Origin: Paragordius varius
Taxonomy: Eukaryota > Animalia > Nematomorpha
Assembly: GCA_964247055.1 (NCBI GenBank)
Contig: OZ176050.1
Location: 12,276,001-12,340,000, forward strand
Direction: 5' to 3'
DNA length: 64,000 nucleotides
The stretch's first letter is position 1. Each line of letters opens with the position of its first letter. Below, piece after piece: positions 61,431 to 64,000 of the stretch. Position numbers and translations under genes: made by a program. The notes beneath the pieces are model-generated. The model was not told where the DNA came from. It searched no databases and worked only from the letters and a program-made list of their open reading frames with translations.

Positions 61431-63883
61431 TTAACCAATCTAAAGATTTATTTCATCATAATATTATTTAGAATGTAATGTTGATAAATTAATTAAAAAT
61501 AATAATATGTTATATGGTATTAACATCTTCACATTATATTTGCAAATGGACTCCAAACAAAATGAGTAGGGTGGTAAAATAATGAAAAGTGTTTTAAGGG
61601 GCGAATGGTTTCATCAATCAAATTATTACCTGGCTCAATATTTAGAAAACTCTATTATATTAAATAAGATACGTGCCAGTGAGTTTGAAAAACTTCAATA
61701 AAGGCATATTGTATTAATTGTTTATCTTTTTGTGCTTTATTTCATAAATTTTGGCTGAAAAGGATCAAAATAATTTCCGTAAAATTCGAATGGGGTGGCA
61801 AAAAAATGTTACTTTCATAAGCAAAAGATTTGACTTAAGTGTATTTTTTTATCACCGATCTTCAAGTGTACACTTGCTGGCTTAAATAAACTTGCTCAAC
61901 TTGCCACGCTTGGCTTACAATTCAAGTGCGACTTTTTTATCATCTCACCCTTTATCTATTCATAAACCAGAAGGAATTTTTAGAATGTGCGGACTAGCTA
62001 AATATTAATATAATGCAAAATAAATCACTTTTTTCCGTTATTAATGTTAATGTGATTTTAGTAAAAAAAATTGAATATAGCGTTTGACTAAAAACCCGAT
62101 ATATATCAAAGATGTAGTAAATAAAAATGACCTCGTAGTTGTTTGAATTGGAACTATTTTTCAACACTATTTTGGGTATATTGGAAATAAAATTTTCATT
62201 AGGATAAAGGTGTAATCCAATTCTTTCAGTAGTTTTAATAATATCAATTTAAACATTTGGTCTCGGGTGTAGTCATCCTAATTTGAATTGATTGTTTAGC
62301 TCTTAAAATTGATGGCGATGGAAGTGAAAAAAAAGTAAAAAAATTCTAAAATAAGATAACTAGATTTTAACCAAAACAACTTTAAAAACGATGATTTTAA
62401 TACTTTAAGCTCTAGGATATAAAACTACCCCAAGATGTCATCGCCTACAAAAAAAGGTATTTAAGTGAAAAGAAAGTTATTTGCGCTTTTTTGGTAATTG
62501 CTTGGTATCGGAGAAATGGCAAAATCAGCCCACATTTTATCAAATTAATTTTTGAAAGCTATTTATAATAGATTATTAAATTATATCCTAATTATATTTA
62601 TAAAGCAAAAAAATATATTAAAATTAAAATTATAGATGTAGGCTTTATAACTAGTTTTTGGACCTTTATTTTTCTATAATAAACCCAAAAATGCCGATAA
62701 TAAAATTTTTAATATATCCTGAATTATGACATCAAAAGGGAAAATTATTAAAAATGCAAACTGTTCTTCAAAATTTTAATTTTGGCTAAATTTTGTTGAT
62801 GCATACTACAAGGTATTCTTAAGATGGTATAAATATAAGGTATAAACGGAAAAAATTGTTTTACTATAACTTATCTATAAAATACGATGCTGTACTTGCC
62901 TTTCATCTCGGAATTTCGAAAGGTTTGCTTTGATAAAATTTAAATTTATGAGCTCCTTTTACATTAAAATTACCAAAAGAATTATGAGAATCCTGGTATA
63001 ATTTACTATCAGGAAATAAATAATTTAAGATATTTTTATCTCTCCCGATTTTGTTCACTGTCTAATGACTGTCATTACTGTATTTGTCTAAATGTGATCA
63101 AACACCCATAAAATCAAATACCAAGTTATCGAAAAAAAAAATGTATTTTAGTGCATGCATCAATGTTGCGTAAAAGCTATCTTAAAGTCCTTACAAAGTT
63201 TAAATATTTGATAAACAGTCCGGGTGATATTAGTGATCTTAATTTTTATCGAACGCCACAAATGGGCCATATAAAGAAGTGTAATAAATTTTTGTAAATT
63301 GTTCAATTTCAACAACACTATATTGTAAATATATAAAAGTCCATCAGAATTTTCGGAGCTATTACATTGGGATAATTATACTCTAGAATTTATTGCTATG
63401 TCACTACTGTTTATATAGTTGTTTTAATTAAAATATAATTATCAAACACTGTATTAGATAAAATTATTTTTACAGTTACTTCTACAACAAGGGTGTCTAA
63501 CAGCGGCTCTCTGAGATAATGTTTTAGCCCGCGAAATATTGGGAAAAGCTCCAATATATACAAAATACCATAAATTGCAAAAATATTTACAAAATTCAAA
63601 TAAAATTATTATTTCAACGATTTTCTATATATTTTTTGTAAATTTTTTTAATGAACTTACGAACATTGGTTAATTTAATAGTAATTATTATTGCTCGTAT
63701 ATTAATTTGCAATTTTATGTTAAAATCTAACATAATATTTTTCCCAAATATTTTTTTAATGCCGCCCGTTGACTTTTTTAAGGTAAATGGCGGCCCGCAA
63801 AGCCATTTGTATTGGAGATTCCTGTACTAGAGCTTAAAAATCAAAACTTTAAAACCCGATTGAAATAAACAGCTGATTTCAAC

Positions 63884-63919
<36 letters not shown>

Positions 63920-64000
63920 CAAATATTTACTGCTATCATGTAATATAGAAGCTTTCACTTAGATTTTTAAGCCTAATATACATTAATTTTTCTGATGGAC

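Noticed and set aside
61430-64000. Additional gene upstream of AGO
   Set aside because: Only short AT-rich ORFs, MITE-like ends and a TA tract; no consistent exon chain found.

Overview
AT-rich, intron-containing animal (invertebrate-like) nuclear DNA; species not identifiable from the window. Six multi-exon genes were reconstructed by hand: a CAP/SCP-domain secreted protein (-, 3' end unresolved), mitochondrial ankyrin-AAA+ CLPB (-), GPI ethanolamine-phosphate transferase PIGO (+), a peripherin-2/ROM1-like tetraspanin (+), ZC3H14/Nab2 (-) and a 21-exon AGO-clade Argonaute (-, ~1003 aa, intact DEDH tetrad, Lys-rich N-terminal extension). DNA transposons/MITEs are abundant (hAT with 8-bp TSDs, TA-TSD MITEs, CAC...GTG elements with TTA or TTAA TSDs). 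Main results: (1) the Argonaute gene carries in a PIWI-domain intron a ~5-kb foldback of two head-to-head Chapaev3-like transposase relics (~2.3-kb arms, 243-bp spacer, CACAGTG termini, TTA flanks), so its pre-mRNA should form a long hairpin against a transposon family; (2) nine ultra-short 22-31-nt GT-AG introns occur only as the first 1-4 introns of four genes, while all other modelled introns are >=62 nt; (3) the CLPB and PIGO start codons are back-to-back in a CATATG palindrome; (4) many 5' splice sites have U at +3. Gene models, identities and family calls come from manual translation and remembered homologues, not from searches.
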